Positions 47,611 through 61,200 are shown, counted from the stretch's first letter. The stretch: DNA of 64,000 bases from Takakia lepidozioides (GCA_030704615.1 CM060734.1:23188001-23252000), one strand, 5' to 3'. The notes: generated by a model not told the origin, from the letters alone. Made by a program: numbers and translations.

Positions 47611-47624
47611 GGACACGGCTTTTT

Positions 47625-47638
47625 GAGAGGGGGAGGGG
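47625..47638 (+). promoter_or_regulatory. Polypurine tract of G2
   Basis: GAGAGGGGGAGGGG followed by TGTT at 47642. Confidence 0.75.
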
Positions 47639-47641
47639 TAA

Positions 47642-48440
47642 TGTTAGAGGGCTGTCTGGGACTTAGACACTTTTATGGGCTCTGTGGGGTACCCTTAATT
47701 TTTGCGCAGACTTACGGATGGTAGACTTAGACCAACAGAGGCCTTAGGGGTGACAGGCACAGGCTTTAGGGGTGGTAGACAGGCTTACACACTCCGACAC
47801 AGCCTTACACAGTCTGTCACAGTCAATCACAGCCTATCACAATTAGTCACAGTCTATCACAGCTCGGCACAACTTCGCACAGCCCGACACAGCTTTACAC
47901 AGCCAGTTACAGCCGACACAGTCCGACACAGCCAGTCATAGCTTTGCACAGTCACAGGTTGGCACAGCCCGTCACAGCGTACATAGGGAACGGTTATCAT
48001 TAGCAGGGAACGACTGTGCGAGAACGACTGCAGAGGGAACGTGTTACTTCAGGGGTGACAGTTAGTTAGTTAGGCGGTTAGAACAGCTTGCAGGTAGATT
48101 AGGCAGAGCAGCAACAGGAAGGGGATCACTTTTCGGGGAGCACTTCTTGATCATGAGCAAAGGAGATCAGGCGGAGAACAGGAACGGAAGCAAGGATGGA
48201 GAGATGATTTGATCGATGCTTGAATCATGTAAGCTGTAGAATTGTACTGTAGGACAGATTAGAGACACTATGGCTACGGTCTGATACTGAACATAGATTA
48301 ATATGATACACATACCTTACCCACACTGTGTAGAGAGAATTGAGTGAAGCTGTGGAATGAATGGTTGAGCAATCAGAACTTGGTAGATTGCTGATATGAA
48401 AGCAAGAAGGAATACAAACAAGAAGCACTACCATGATACA
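47642..48440 (+). repeat. Probable 3' LTR of G2 (right end uncertain)
   Basis: Starts TG after the PPT; short CACAG(C/T) tandem motifs 47790-47980; no partner LTR in the window. Confidence 0.5.
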
Positions 48441-49199
48441 CTAGATGTAGGTCATGACTGATTGTTTTGAGCGGGCTGAGTGCTTAGAGATATCCAACTC
48501 TTCTATCTTGGAGTTCCCTCCTTGGATAGCGAAGGGATGGGTGAGCAAAAGCCGCTCGACACCTGCGTGTACCTTCAGTAAACTCCAACTCCACCATAAT
48601 GTCTACCATCTCTGGCTCACGCAATTGCGAACCTCGAATCCCGCTCCGTCGAATGCAGGTGGCATTTTCACAGGCCTGCATTTTGGAAGTGTGCGCCCAC
48701 CGGGAATGGAGAGGGAACAAGTAATCAGTGAAGTGTTTCAACACGGAGATGCAAACATTGAAAACCCAGTGCGGAACACCCTCTGTTCTATCATTTTGGG
48801 GCTATCAGCATACGTGCCCGCATTGGCCGGCAACGGCTATCCACACAGCCGATCCAAGCTGACTGTCTGCACAATGTTTTACCCCCACCAAGGGGCTAGA
48901 CAAAGAAGGTGCCACGACATTACGGGAAGAAATCGTGCTACAACCACCGGCGTCTCGGCTCCGACTTGCCTATTGCGGCCCCGAAATAGCACGTCAGGAT
49001 GAAGACTGCATGATGCCAGCGGAGTCGGGTCGCAGGGATAGCAAACTCGGACTTCTCAATTTTGGGGCCGAAATAGCAAAGTTACACCGGCCTATTTCGG
49101 TGCCGAAATAGGCAAACTAGTGGGAATATACTTTGTACGTACTTTGTGGAGTTCTTGAGCCGGAATACTTTAAAAATTGGTTATTCACCTTGGCACGCG

Positions 49200-49901
49200 G
49201 ATGACATTGAGGCGCCAATTTTCCATCCGGCGGGAGCGGGATATAGACGTTGCGAGATGACAGGCGGCCAGGTGGCACCCTGGTTGCAGTGGCTCAATTG
49301 TTGGAGCTGCCTGTGCTCATCCGCCATGAGGGGGAGGTTCAAATATCTTGGGTGGATTGTGCGAGAGTCATTCTCATCGACAATACAGACGTCCTGCGCC
49401 CCTCCTTCGCAAGGATGTCGTGCTTCCGGAACCAAGACGACTGCCCTTATTGAGGCGTGGATTATGAAATGTTTACGCCAAAATCGGGAGACGTCCGAGA
49501 TATATCACAGACGATTCTGGGGCAAAGCGGGAATCATTGACAGCGCTGGAGTATTTGCCAGGCTACTACGCTTTCGAGCGGGGTGAGGATTTTGGTCTGT
49601 CTAGTCCGTGGCTCCTACACATCCTTGACTCCGATTTTCCCACATTCAGACGTATACTCCTGAATGATTACGCTCCTCTTATCCAGTGTATGGGGACATT
49701 CGCATTGGGATGGAGGACGAAACACACAGAGACTGCGTGCCCATAGTGAAGCTTTCCAAATTCCATGGTGGTTTGATTGAAGGGCATGACATTGTGGTCA
49801 ACTTGAACAAGGGAGCGACAACAGCTGCAATCCAGTTTACCTGGAGGAGCCCCATGACTCATGAGCTCGTCTTCAAACCAGTCGAAGTTCCGTTCACTTA
49901 G
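49200..49901 (+). pseudogene. Orphan cargo protein paralogue (E3)
   Basis: RMSCFRNQDDCPY..ALEYLPGYYAFERG..SPWLLHILDSDFP..YGDIRIG..GHDIVV..FTWRSP..VEVP. Confidence 0.7.
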
Positions 49902-50636
49902 TGACTTTCATTCAGAATACTTTAGATTTGCATGCACCATCTGCATAGTTAACGTGCTTCATATGCAACTCATGTGGATCAATAAAAAGCCCATGTTGTG
50001 GGCATTTATGTGGAATGTACATCCTTCATTCTCAAAATGGACAACTCGTCATATCGACCAATTTCCCGCCACAACGTTCCATTTCGTTCCTCGGACCTGC
50101 CTATTGCGGCGCCGAAATAGCACATGAGGATGAAAACTGCATGGTCCCACCGGATTGCGTTCCAGCGGGATAGCAAATTTCCAGTTTGCGATTTTGGGGC
50201 CAACATAACAAACTTGGACCGTGCTATTTTGGCGCCAAAATACCAAAGTCGAATGGGATAAAGGACCGTGTTTTCAAGGCTTCAAGTGCACCATTTTGTG
50301 TTGTGCATATGCCATATATTACTTGTAGGTTACTTTATTTTACTTTACGTTTCTTTTGCTTTTAGTATTACATTGAAGTTTGCGGAAGATATGTCGGGAA
50401 TGTGACATCCAGAGCCTGAACACAATGATTTCCAAAATCGTCATTTTTATTCATGAAGGGAATAAGAACTGTACAACAGAAGGATCGAAATGAGACTGTA
50501 CTATGGCGAGGATCTGCAATCATTGTCCAATGCATCCCCGGCCTCATGCAAGGAAGGCTACCCTTCACCTGCCTCCGATCCTTCGCTATTGCTTCCGCTG
50601 TTACTCTCAGCAACCCTCCCCTCAAAAATACCATCC

Positions 50637-52520
50637 TCACCAGCTGGAACTGTCCTCATCATCCCCCTCGCTCTCAGACGCGGATTCTATGACAAACTTG
50701 CCTACTCTGCCTTTCACAATTCCATGTTTGGCCTCATGCTTCATTATCATTCTTTGCTCCTTCTCGAATATCAACTGCTCGCACCGATTAGGCCTCTCCT
50801 CCCTCCTGATGGTTTCTCTAGCAGCCGTGTCTGCATAGGATGGTAGACAAAAAGGCTTCTGGGGACTCGCAAGAAACATTTTTTTGGCAAAGAATGGCCG
50901 ATGCAATTCCATCTCTTCCTCTGCAACAGGGTCCGATTCGGGCAAGTCTCCCACCATTTCCTCGTCGGACGACTCTGCAAGGCTGAGTGCATGCACAACA
51001 AAACAATCAGGCAGATGAGAATAATCAAACAGGGAATCATCTGCAGGTTGCATGGTCCCTACAACCAAAACCATTACACTTACGATGGTGCAACTCACTC
51101 GAAGACAGGCATTGTAGGAAGCGGCATCCCGGAGTCGGACGAACTCCTGGACTTCCTCCTCCTCCCCTTCCACCTCCTGTTCTGCGTTGTTCTGCTGCTC
51201 AATTGGAGGGGTTCGCTGCAGGCCCGCCAAATTCAAATCGTACAAGGCCGTATCCCCCTCAAATGAAAACACAAATCGGTTGGACACCCTCCCCGCCCAC
51301 ATACAGGCACCTGCGAATGGATACGAGGGAACCAAAGCCAATGTCAATACCAGAAGGACTCGCTTCCTCACGCACGCATACAAAGACAATCGCCAAACGC
51401 ATCAATTTTGGTGCCGCAATTACAAGATGGTCTGACCTGTATTTGTAGTGACGTCGAGGACCCTGCCTTCAACATCCGTGCACGTTTCCATGAGTGTCTG
51501 GATGAATGCAGGACTCCTGGTCCTGCCATACCTCCAAGGCTTGCCTGCCAAGTCACATGGCATGTCCTTCTCTCCCACATGGTTGAAGATGACGTTATAC
51601 TCCACAGTCCACTGGATCAACTGTAGAGTCAACAAGTCGGCCTACTGGACGAAATTTGAATTTCGAATGTACCTTCACGAAGCAGAATGCCTGAAACATA
51701 AGAGTCTGCAAACAAGGAAGGCAAAAAGTTAAAGGAAGCCGACACGTACATGAGCAATTTCGGCGCCGAAATTGGCATAAGAGAGGAAAAGTGCAGCATA
51801 CCTTGTGACCCTCGTTGAATAGACCCTGCGTATTGATGCAAGTCCAGATCCTCTTCAACATGGGTGATGCACTTTTTTCAATACCAACCACAACATCGCT
51901 CAGTTTGCAGGCACAATGGACGCAGCAAAGTTTGTAGGATACAGTGACAACAATTGCCCAACATTCACAACTTGCATGTGGTTATTTCGGCGCCGCAATA
52001 CCCACTGCAGCTTGGCTAAATTCACTATTAGAACCCAAACTGTAAACAGGAGGATGCATTGGTAGTAGAGTACCTGAATAGGACTCGCATTGCTGCTTTG
52101 TCGGCCCCCTCCTACTCTTCGATGTATACGATGCGTCTTGCCTTTGCCACTTCTCTGAAAAACAGGTTTGGGAATCGCCCTTGCCAGGATTGCACGTAGT
52201 TCTCCATTGTCTCCGGTTTTGTCCAGTCGATCTGCAACTTGAAAGTGGTGGTGTTGCAATCCAATTGTTTTTGGGCGTGGGTCAGTACCTGTAGCATTGC
52301 AGGACTCCGAAACAATCATGAATTTCAAATTGCGATGAAGTCCAACAGACACAAGAGGAGGACATTATACCTGATGCCACCAAGTCATGACATTCAGCCA
52401 GTCGTTCATTTTTTCGTCAGTTGGCTCAATGGGAAAGTGGTACAACAGCTTCGTGTTTGTATGGCCGTTCCTGATTTGCAGCCACCTCGTCTGCATGTTC
52501 TGACATCAGTTAGAAAAAAG
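50637..52520 (-). pseudogene. Remnant of the methyltransferase gene of E3
   Basis: WTCINTQGL, YNVIFNHV, RTRSPAFIQTLMETCTDVEGRVLDVTTNTG, GACMWAGRVSNRFVFSFEGD, PFFAK..LPSYA; introns at positions matching E1/E2; ParB part deleted. Confidence 0.75.
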
Positions 52521-52914
52521 AACCTCACAGAGGAATCCTGAGAAGGCAGAAAACAAGAACAAGCACATGCTAACCTTCTCCGCCGGGTCAATACATGACA
52601 CTGCGATATGATGAAGTTTCTCCATGGACATTTCCGGGCAGCTGCAGGGTTGAGTGGACCAAAAACGGCAGATCCTGCTCCATGAAAGTCCATGACAAAA
52701 AAAAATAAAAATTGATGATACTATCCCAAAAAATATTTAATGATAGATTCCGTTCTGATTGAGAATCATGAACCACGGGAACTAAAATGCGGCACCGCAT
52801 TTCCGTCCGAAGAAGTTGGTCAGGTTCTGAACGTTCTGCTTGCCATGAAACAAAACCAACAATACCTTAGCAGATCATTCATGGAGGAGATACTAAAAGC
52901 GTTTTGTGACGGAG

Positions 52915-53385
52915 ACCTCCATCCGTATTTCAAGGCCGAAATTCATTCGTCGCGTGCAGAATGACTTTTATCAAGAACATGTTCATCCGAAATCCATCCG
53001 TCGGGTGCAGAATGACTTTCATCACGAACATGTTCATCCAAATTTGGTGTCGAAATCCATCCGTTTTGTGCAGAATGAGTTTCATCACGAACATTTTCAT
53101 CCAAATTTTGGCGGCAAAATCCATCCGTCACGTGCACAATGAGTTTCATCACGAACATGTTCATCCGAATTAGGGCGCAGAAAACCATCGCTTGCATGCA
53201 GAATGAGTTTCATGAGGAACATGTTCATCCTAATTTCGGCGCCGAAATTCATCGGTCGCGTAGAGCATGAGTTCCATCACCGATATCTTCATCCGAATTT
53301 TGGCACCGAAATTCATCCGCTGCCTTCAAAATCAGTTCCATGACCGACATGTTCATCCGAATTTTGGTGCCGCAAATCATCCATA
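52915..53385. repeat. 64-bp tandem array carrying the palindrome AATTTCGGCGCCGAAATT
   Basis: Unit anchors at 53098, 53162, 53226, 53290 and 53354; ~7-8 units. Confidence 0.9.
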
Positions 53386-53636
53386 GGCTTGACTTAATGT
53401 AGCCCAACTGGTAGTACATCCCAATTCAGGCACTCAAAAACAAAAATTTCAGATGTCAATTTGTTGTGGTCATCCATATTTGTCACGTACATTACACACA
53501 TTCATCCATACCTGCTCTGATCACCCATCCTGTTGGATCCACAATCCTCTAGAAAATGATTGAGGATGTTTGTAGGACGCCCTCTTGTCATTGCAGGACT
53601 TCGCTGTGGAGCGTACAGAGAGTTCTTGTCCTCAAT

Positions 53637-56600
53637 ATGGACGCTCGTGTTTGGGAAAATGTGTACTTCCATCCTCATTCTCTGAAAGCTAAAATACCCT
53701 GCAACAATGGATTTGCAATTGTCACTGAGCAGTACTTGTGTGTCAAGTTCGGCCTCCGTCCGGGAACAGTGTTCTTGGAAGATGAGACGAATGATGCTTA
53801 TGGGAATTTTTTGGAAAGTGTTGTCATTCTGCATGCAGATTTCGACAACGGCAAAGAGTGGCGGCTCCCAGCTTTCTGAACTCATACAGTACAGTGCAAT
53901 TGGTGAAATCGTGCCTAAAGAGTTCCCACGCTGGAACTTGGCTGAGCCTCCTTTCACAAAAGGGTCTAGCGTGCAAGATGTGAAGTCTGCCATGAGGGAT
54001 GTGGGCACCTCCTCACAAGCAGAGAAGCCGAAACATGTGAAAAGGGAAACCAAATCGGAGGAGGTGCCGCTCCATCGCTTGTCGGTGGGTGTACTTTGCA
54101 GGGAAACAGTCGTCCACAACTTATCCAGTGACGATGAAGACTGTATGGTCCTTCCATCATATGTGTCAAAGTCGTCCGTCTCCAGGAGTGTGCCAATGTC
54201 GGCAGACCATGAGCACACACCCTCGGACTCAACTTCTGTCCGCTCAGTAATTGACATATTGCAGAGAATGAAGACAACGGGTTCCCACTCCAATGACCTT
54301 CTTATGCTTGACTACGACAAAACTCCAATCCATTCCGTGGAGACTTTGCCTGAAGTTGTGGATGGGAATGCTATCTATGAGTTCCCTCCAGTGTCGCCGA
54401 GCGCAGGCCTCGATGGCATGCTGGCAGGAATGAACATGAAACATGGCGGCCACCCATGGTGTGTCACCAAAACTTCCTCGTCCAATCTGGGTGATGAAGT
54501 TCGTGTGAGATATGTCTTGTGTGCTGGACATCTGAAATGTTTCTCAAGCACATGTTACCACTACACAAGCAAAGGCACCCGGAATGAGACAAACTGGATT
54601 GGCAATTTGACGACCCCATTTTGTCCTCAAGGTAGAGTTCCTCCAGGAGCGTTCAAGTGTGCCCATTGCAACGCAGCCCCTACATGCATGTCCGTGTGCA
54701 ACGCCAAACAGTACTACGTCGGGACCGTCGGCCCTGCGTGCACCAGAGCATGCATTCACATCGGAAAGCATGACCACCCCATCGCTAGAGACAATTCAAG
54801 AATCGCTTTTCAACAGGCCCACGATATTATCAAGGAGGAGGTGAGGTTGAGGCCGGGCGCAAAACCAAAGCAGATACAGCTCGCATCCGCACATCGAATT
54901 GCGATAGGCAAAATAATGTCGGATGACGGGAGCACAAGAGAGAAGTTGGGCGAGGGGGACATGAAGGAGCTGCTGGAAGCTGTCTCCCATGTGTGCAGCC
55001 CCAATGTCAGGAACCACATTGTCGGCTGCAAGAAGCAAATCAGGAGAGGATAAGACATGCAGTCAATCTTGGAAGTGAAGCGCACATGCCGCTACGACTT
55101 CATCCAGGGCAGCTTCTTTTCTGGTCAAGGCTCAGAGACGGACAGGTGCTTCATATTTAAGATGTCAACGTCCGGACCGGGGAACGGTGTCGATTTGGTG
55201 AATAGGATGACCAGTGGAGACCTCTCAAATTGCGGGGTCATGTTCGACCACATCAGACGAATTACCAATCACGATTGGGTGACAATGGGGACACACGTAT
55301 ACGACCCACATTGCAGAAAGTTGATGACCATTGCTATATTTGAAATGAAAGGAGATGACACAAATTTGAAGGTGCATATGTGGTGCGGAATTAAAGAGCA
55401 AATGGCGAGAGCGAAGTTGCCCCCTCCCAATTTTAGGGGCTTCATGGCTGACAATGCCCAGGCGAACTGGGTTGCAGTGAGAAGGGTCTATGGGGATGAC
55501 CCAAAGATGGAAAGTAAGGAGAGATTTTGCGGATTTCACTTCATGCAGAGTTTGACGCAAAATACGAAAAGGTTCGTGGCGTCACGCCACCGGCAGGATC
55601 ATATTACTATGTGCCTTGCGTGGAAAAATGCGCCTTCCATCGACGAAGTGGAGACCAAGTTCACAACCATATGCGCATGGTGGGTGTCTTCAGGGGCTGT
55701 GGATGTCAAAGATCAGCCAGAACTGCAAACGTGGCTTGTGTGGTGGCACTACAGATTCCGCCAGTTTAGAGACTACATGCGACAAGTGACAAAAAATTTG
55801 ACTTCACAATTGTTTTAAACTTGTGCTTCGACATTGTCCACAATGAATTACAATTTCCAATTCTCTTCAACAAGACATGAGCTTGGAGGATGACACGGAT
55901 ATGCCGACGACAAACATGGCCGAATCGGTCCACTCTTCCTGGCGTGCTTCTTCGGCGACACATCTCGTTGACAAGTTGACAGCAACAACAAAAGATATTG
56001 TGAGGGCCATCATGCAACAATCTGGTTACTACCAATTTCTGGGAAAGCAATGGGGTATCGGACCAGACAGGCAGGAGATGTTGATGAGGGCGGCGCATCG
56101 TTCTAGCGATCCCAAAAAATGGAGTGCTGCATTGCGGGAAACAATAAGCTCAACGTCGTTACACAGTCGGGGGAACTGCATGGAGGGTGATGTCCGCAGC
56201 CGACCGGTGAAGAGAAGAATTGACGACAACCCGGAGGTGACGGGGATTCATGGAGATCAGATATGAACATCCGCACTCAACTTCAAGGCCCAATGATGTT
56301 GCATCCGACGCCTCCTCCCACCAGGACTCCCACCCCCTCTCCTGCAGCATCGATGGAATCGATGCCAGACTCGGGATAACATCCTGAGGACGAACATGTT
56401 GCTCCCATTATCGTTACCCAATACGACATCCCAGTCATGGAGAGAGATGTGTTGGCCTCGCAGTGGAGAATTGCACGGACTCGTCACTCATTTCACGGCA
56501 AATGTTGTGTTGTTCGTGTCGACACCAACCAGAGATGCAATGAGATGATTCGGAGGAGCCCGTAGGGCGGTGTGCTTGCCCCTTGCTTCACAGGGAGATT

Positions 56601-57296
56601 TTTGTGCGCAAAGTTTGTAAAGACCACACTGAAGGAGTTCCGGTTCTGCAGGCACGACATCATGTCATGTGTATTCGGCAAGCCCAAGTATGGTGTACAA
56701 GGCATGCCTGAACCACCCGCAGTCTGGCCTGTGGCAACTGGTACATATCTTACCCTAGATGAGGCAGACGCTCTGGGATGTGTAGGGTTTCGACTAGTGG
56801 AGATGACAGACGTTCCTCGAAATCCAATTCCCAATCGTCATCCTCCTCCCACAAAAAACTCTTCACCCCGCATACCGGTGGGTGACCCCGCAGCTTGGCC
56901 GACCCATCGGTTGGAGAAATTGAAAAGACACAGCCACCAACAAAGGCGAATGACACCAAGATGGCCAACGCTCTTGCAATGCCCTGCATAGTGCAAGGTT
57001 GCAGGGATGTTTCTCACCCCGGGATGGGGCGCATATTTCAGTTGTCCACAGCTGGGTCCGTTGCGCACAGTGTCGTGTATGCAATCACGGTTTCTCAGTA
57101 CCCAACCTGCAACTATGAGGACTTCCTTGTCATGGAATCAAAGAACGCAGCATACATCCCCTGCAAACACATGTATTACATTTTTCTGAAGTGCATGAGG
57201 TGCATATCTGCAGTGGACGTCTTCATCCATGCTCCAACATTGAGATTCAACGAGCTGCACAAGGCCCTCAGGCAGGATACAGGGAGGACTGGTTGA
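53637..57296 (+). pseudogene. MULE transposase of E3 (GCM-like, DDE, SWIM)
   Basis: VMFDH, FMADNA, CGFH, TNMAES and C..CKH motifs; colinear with the E1 transposase; stops at 53879, 55053 and ~56563. Confidence 0.87.
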
Positions 57297-58053
57297 CATT
57301 CCACATTCGGGAAGGAGAAAGTGGCAAGACACTTTTTTCATTGTTGCAATAGCGGCGCTACTCTATTTTTTCGATATGTGGAATTGACATTCCCACCCAA
57401 TTCTAGTACATTCATCTTCTTGCACCATATTTTTTTGGCAGGAAATATACACTTGGTGGCATGGCTTTAGGTGCATTTCGGTGCCGCAATACATGAAATG
57501 TGGCCTTTGACCGTGAATGGCGTGGGCATGCTTTTTAATTTTGGTTCTGTCTATTAATTATTGGATCCGAGGAAAGCCTTCATTGTGTGCAGATACAGGG
57601 GCATTCTGGCCTATTTCGGTGCCATTATTGAACTGTATACTGCATAGTGCTTCCTTGTTACTGCTCTTCATTCATTTTGTGGAGATTTCGTAGCCCATTG
57701 TGGCGTATTCGTCCGCCTTTATCTGAAAACTCTGATTTGCTACCAATACTATGAGACTGTACTGCAAATGTGATGCATTTACAAGATTACAAGTGTTGTG
57801 TTCCACTGCGAAGGCTCTTACTGCACATTCCTGCATTCACATACTGCACCTTGTGCACACAGCAATCCATACGACAAATGACACGTCCCAGCAATACTGG
57901 CAGTCAATTGCAAAAAACCTTTACAAAAGATTATCCAAGCATGTATATTCCTCATATGGCACAGGGAAGCTACGGTACTTCTGGAGGAAAATGTATATGC
58001 CATGAGTGTCTGGGAGTCCAAACATGTCTACTCTAAACATGCAAGAAGGGCGG

Positions 58054-58600
58054 CTATGGTCCCCTCGCCCAACTAGAAGGAACTCGAACTAGCCTCTCAA
58101 GGATCTCTTGAGTGACCAGGTGCCAAAATTTGAACAAAATGTTAGCGGATTCTGTCGCCTGGTTGAAACTAACGAGGATGTCGTGTTTATCGATAACGCC
58201 CCATTTGTAGAACGACATTTTCACAGTGGGCCCTGTGTTCCCCTCCTGCTCATCCTCATAACTCAAGAGAATGTCCTCAGTTTGCGAGCCAGTCCGTCCA
58301 CGCGTAAAGTTATCACCTATGCACTCATCATACGTCCACTCGCATCGATACAACAACGTTGTGCGTGACCTGTTTGGCTCCCAGTGAAGCGGAAGGTCCA
58401 TGTCCATGATGATGCGCAGGAACCACCTCCTCGCTAGATGAGGTCCAGGAGAATCGTGGAATCCTGTAAGAAACTCCATTGCTCTCAGTTGGACAAGTCG
58501 AGGATCGTCCCTGTAAACATCTAGTAAGACAATGATGGCATCTGTTTTCGGGGCAATGAGTCCCGTCTGGCGTCGATAGGTGTGATTCGGGCACGCCATG
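58054..58600 (-). CDS. Distant orphan cargo paralogue (E3)
   Basis: DAIIV..AMEFL..WFLRII..SRTTLLYRC..EDILLS..PTVKMSFYKWGVIDKHDILV..F..EILERLVRVP aligns by eye with paralogue B. Confidence 0.6.
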
Positions 58601-59309
58601 GCCTCACGACACAACAAGAACACATAACAGAGAGGAGATGGGCACAGAAGAGAAGAGAGAAGAGCAAAATGAGAGTGAGGCCGGCGGAAGAGGGATATAT
58701 CATTGCTGCACTGCCAATGTGGTATGCGGCAGAACTCAAATTTCCTCCCACATGTGTGCTTTTATTAGACAAATTCGCACCAGTTTCAGGACAGTTTGCA
58801 TCTGGCAGTTTTCGGCCATGTCCTGTATTTCGGCGCCGTTATTGGCTTCACTCCGGAGCCCTGAGCCGGGTTTTTGTTTTCCGGAGCCCAATTTTGGCGC
58901 CATTATTGGCTTCACTCCGGAGGCTTCAGCCGGGTATTTGGTTTCTAGTGCCCAATTTCGGCGCCGTTATCCCCAACCATCTTGCAGTTCTGCAACAGTA
59001 CTATCCACGGTTACAGCTCCTCATTGCGTGTTTGGAGTCTGCAAACCCCGATCGTAATTCCGCGTGTGTCCCTTGCTGTGGGGTAATTTCGGTGCCGTTA
59101 TTGGCCAGTATTCAGTTTTTCCATGACCTGGGCTGACGGTACATGAGCTTGGGCTTGACGTCATTAGCGGATACTGTTACTTATGAGCGGAGTGCTTCCA
59201 GCATGAGCGCAGAAATCTTCGAAAACCTACTCTTCTTATACTACTTTCGATTATTTTATCGTTTTTTGCCCGAAAAAAACCTGCCGTTATTCATAGTGTG
59301 TTATTTGGC

Positions 59310-59374
59310 GGCTCATGGCTCATGCATGCCCGCTCATGAGCTCATGGCTCATGAGCTCCTGGAATAGCAACCCC
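59310..59374 (-). repeat. E3 terminal inverted repeat
   Basis: GCTCATG units and a terminal 20-mer similar to the E1/E2 ends. Confidence 0.78.
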
Positions 59375-61200
59375 GCTAGCTAGTGGCAGGGTTGCTCGAT
59401 GGTTACTACTTCTTCATGAATATGATTTCGAGGTTGTTCATAAGCCTAGAATATTACATGTTACAGCAGACCATCTATCAAGACCTACTACTGGAGAACC
59501 AGCAACATGAGTAGAGGATCAACTTCCTGATGCATTTATGTTTACTGTTCAACCAGAAGCACAAGAAGAAGAGACAAACCCTCTAGACGCTCTGGGAGTA
59601 TTCCAAGGAGACTATTACCTTCCAGACTCGCTTAAGTTGATGGATGACACAGATGAAGAAGAACACTCATCAGATGAAGATGAACCCCTTGATGAAGGAC
59701 CAATTATTGAGGAGGAGTCAAATCCAGAAGAAGGAGATGACAAGGAAAACGAGGAGCCAAATGATCAAGAATTGGCCAATATTAGCATTGGAACTTATGC
59801 AGTCACCAAGGAGGAACCAGAAGACATTCAAAATCAAGATCAAGATCCAGATGATTGGCAATGGCCAATCAAATACTATCTGAACACATGAAAATTTCCT
59901 GAAGACTACACCAAAGATGACAGGAGAAAGCTTTCAATGAAAGCAAGCCATACACAGTGATCAGAGGAATTCTGTACAAAAGAGGAATTGATTCCATAAT
60001 GAGAAGATGTGTGAACAAAGAACAAGCCAAAACAGTGATGCAAGAAGTACGTGAAGGAATAGCCAGAGGACACTTCAGTTCAGACCTGACAGCAAAGAAG
60101 ATATTACTAGCAGGTTATTGGTGGCCTACTATTTCCGGAGACACTTATGAACACTGTCAACAGTGTGATGTCTGCCAGAGAATGGGACCAGTAGAAAGAA
60201 CTGGAAAAGGAGCGATGCACGCAATATTACCTACAAGAGCCATTTCAGTGTTGGGGGCTAGACTTCATAAGACCCTCATAGGGCCCACCCCTAAAAAGGG
60301 GCAGTAGCCGCAAGGCAAAGTGGCTCTTAGTTATGCCGGCCTCGGCCGGAGTCTTCTCTCTCTCTCTCTCTCTTCATGGGACCCATTAAACCTCTAGCAA
60401 GATATACACAGAACCAATACATTCTCACAGCCACTGATTACACTACCAAGTGGGTAGAGGCCAAGGCATTAAGAGACAACACTGCCAAGTCAACAGCCAA
60501 GTTCTTATATGAGAACATCATCACCCGATTCGGTTGTCCACTGGAGTTTGTCAGTGATCAAGGATCACATTTTACGAATGATGCCATAAAATGCCTGACA
60601 GAGGAATTCATGATTGTGCACCACAAGAGTACCGCTTATTACCCTCAGGGTAATGGCCAAGTAGAATCTACCAACAAGATTTTCTGCACTATCTTGACTA
60701 AGATAGTGAATGCCAATCGCACAGATTGGGCCACCAAAATGAACACGGCACTATGGGCATTCAGGACATCATACAAGATGACCACGAAACATACACCATT
60801 TCAACTGGTGTATGGAGCAGAAGCACTATTACCAATTGAATGTATGGTACCCACACTACGAACCTCGACTCATGAACGATGGGGTCTGGAGGAATCACTG
60901 CGAGTTAGGGAACATGAATTATTCCACTTGGAAGAAGTTCGAGCAGACGTTGCAGATAACATGGCACGAATTCAAGAGCAGCGGAAAAAAAGAGTATCGG
61001 AAGGGAAAGTAAAATCTTGCCAAGATGGAGAAATAGTCTTATGGCTACCAAAGATCAAGAAGGTTAAACTGGGGGGCAAGTTGAAAATGCCATGGATATC
61101 AAAAAGGTACATGACAATGGAACTGTTGATTTACAAACCCTGGAACAAGAATTCGTGGGACGAATAAATATCAACAAGTTAAAGGGCTATAAGGGGATAC
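59375..61200 (+). pseudogene. Gypsy G3 pol (RNase H end, integrase), diverged from G1/G2
   Basis: SGRVARWLLLLHEYDF, GHFS..CQQCDVC, ORF 60376..61167 integrase core. Confidence 0.9.
60269..60371 (+). mobile_element. 103-bp retroposon-like insertion with (TC)n tail and 6-bp TSD
   Basis: CTTCAT at 60263-60268 and 60372-60377; removal restores WGLDFMGP. Confidence 0.8.

Larger units (their letters stand above)
48950..59374 (+). mobile_element. Diverged Mutator-like element E3, inverted relative to E1; left end not found
   Basis: Homologous transposase, MTase remnants and cargo ORFs; TIR ...GCTCCTGGAATAGCAACCCC at ~59374, followed by Gypsy RNase H. Confidence 0.82.

Noticed and set aside
60295-60350. 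Hammerhead or other self-cleaving ribozyme
   Set aside because: A hairpin is present but there is no CUGANGA/GAAA core or other recognisable catalytic consensus.
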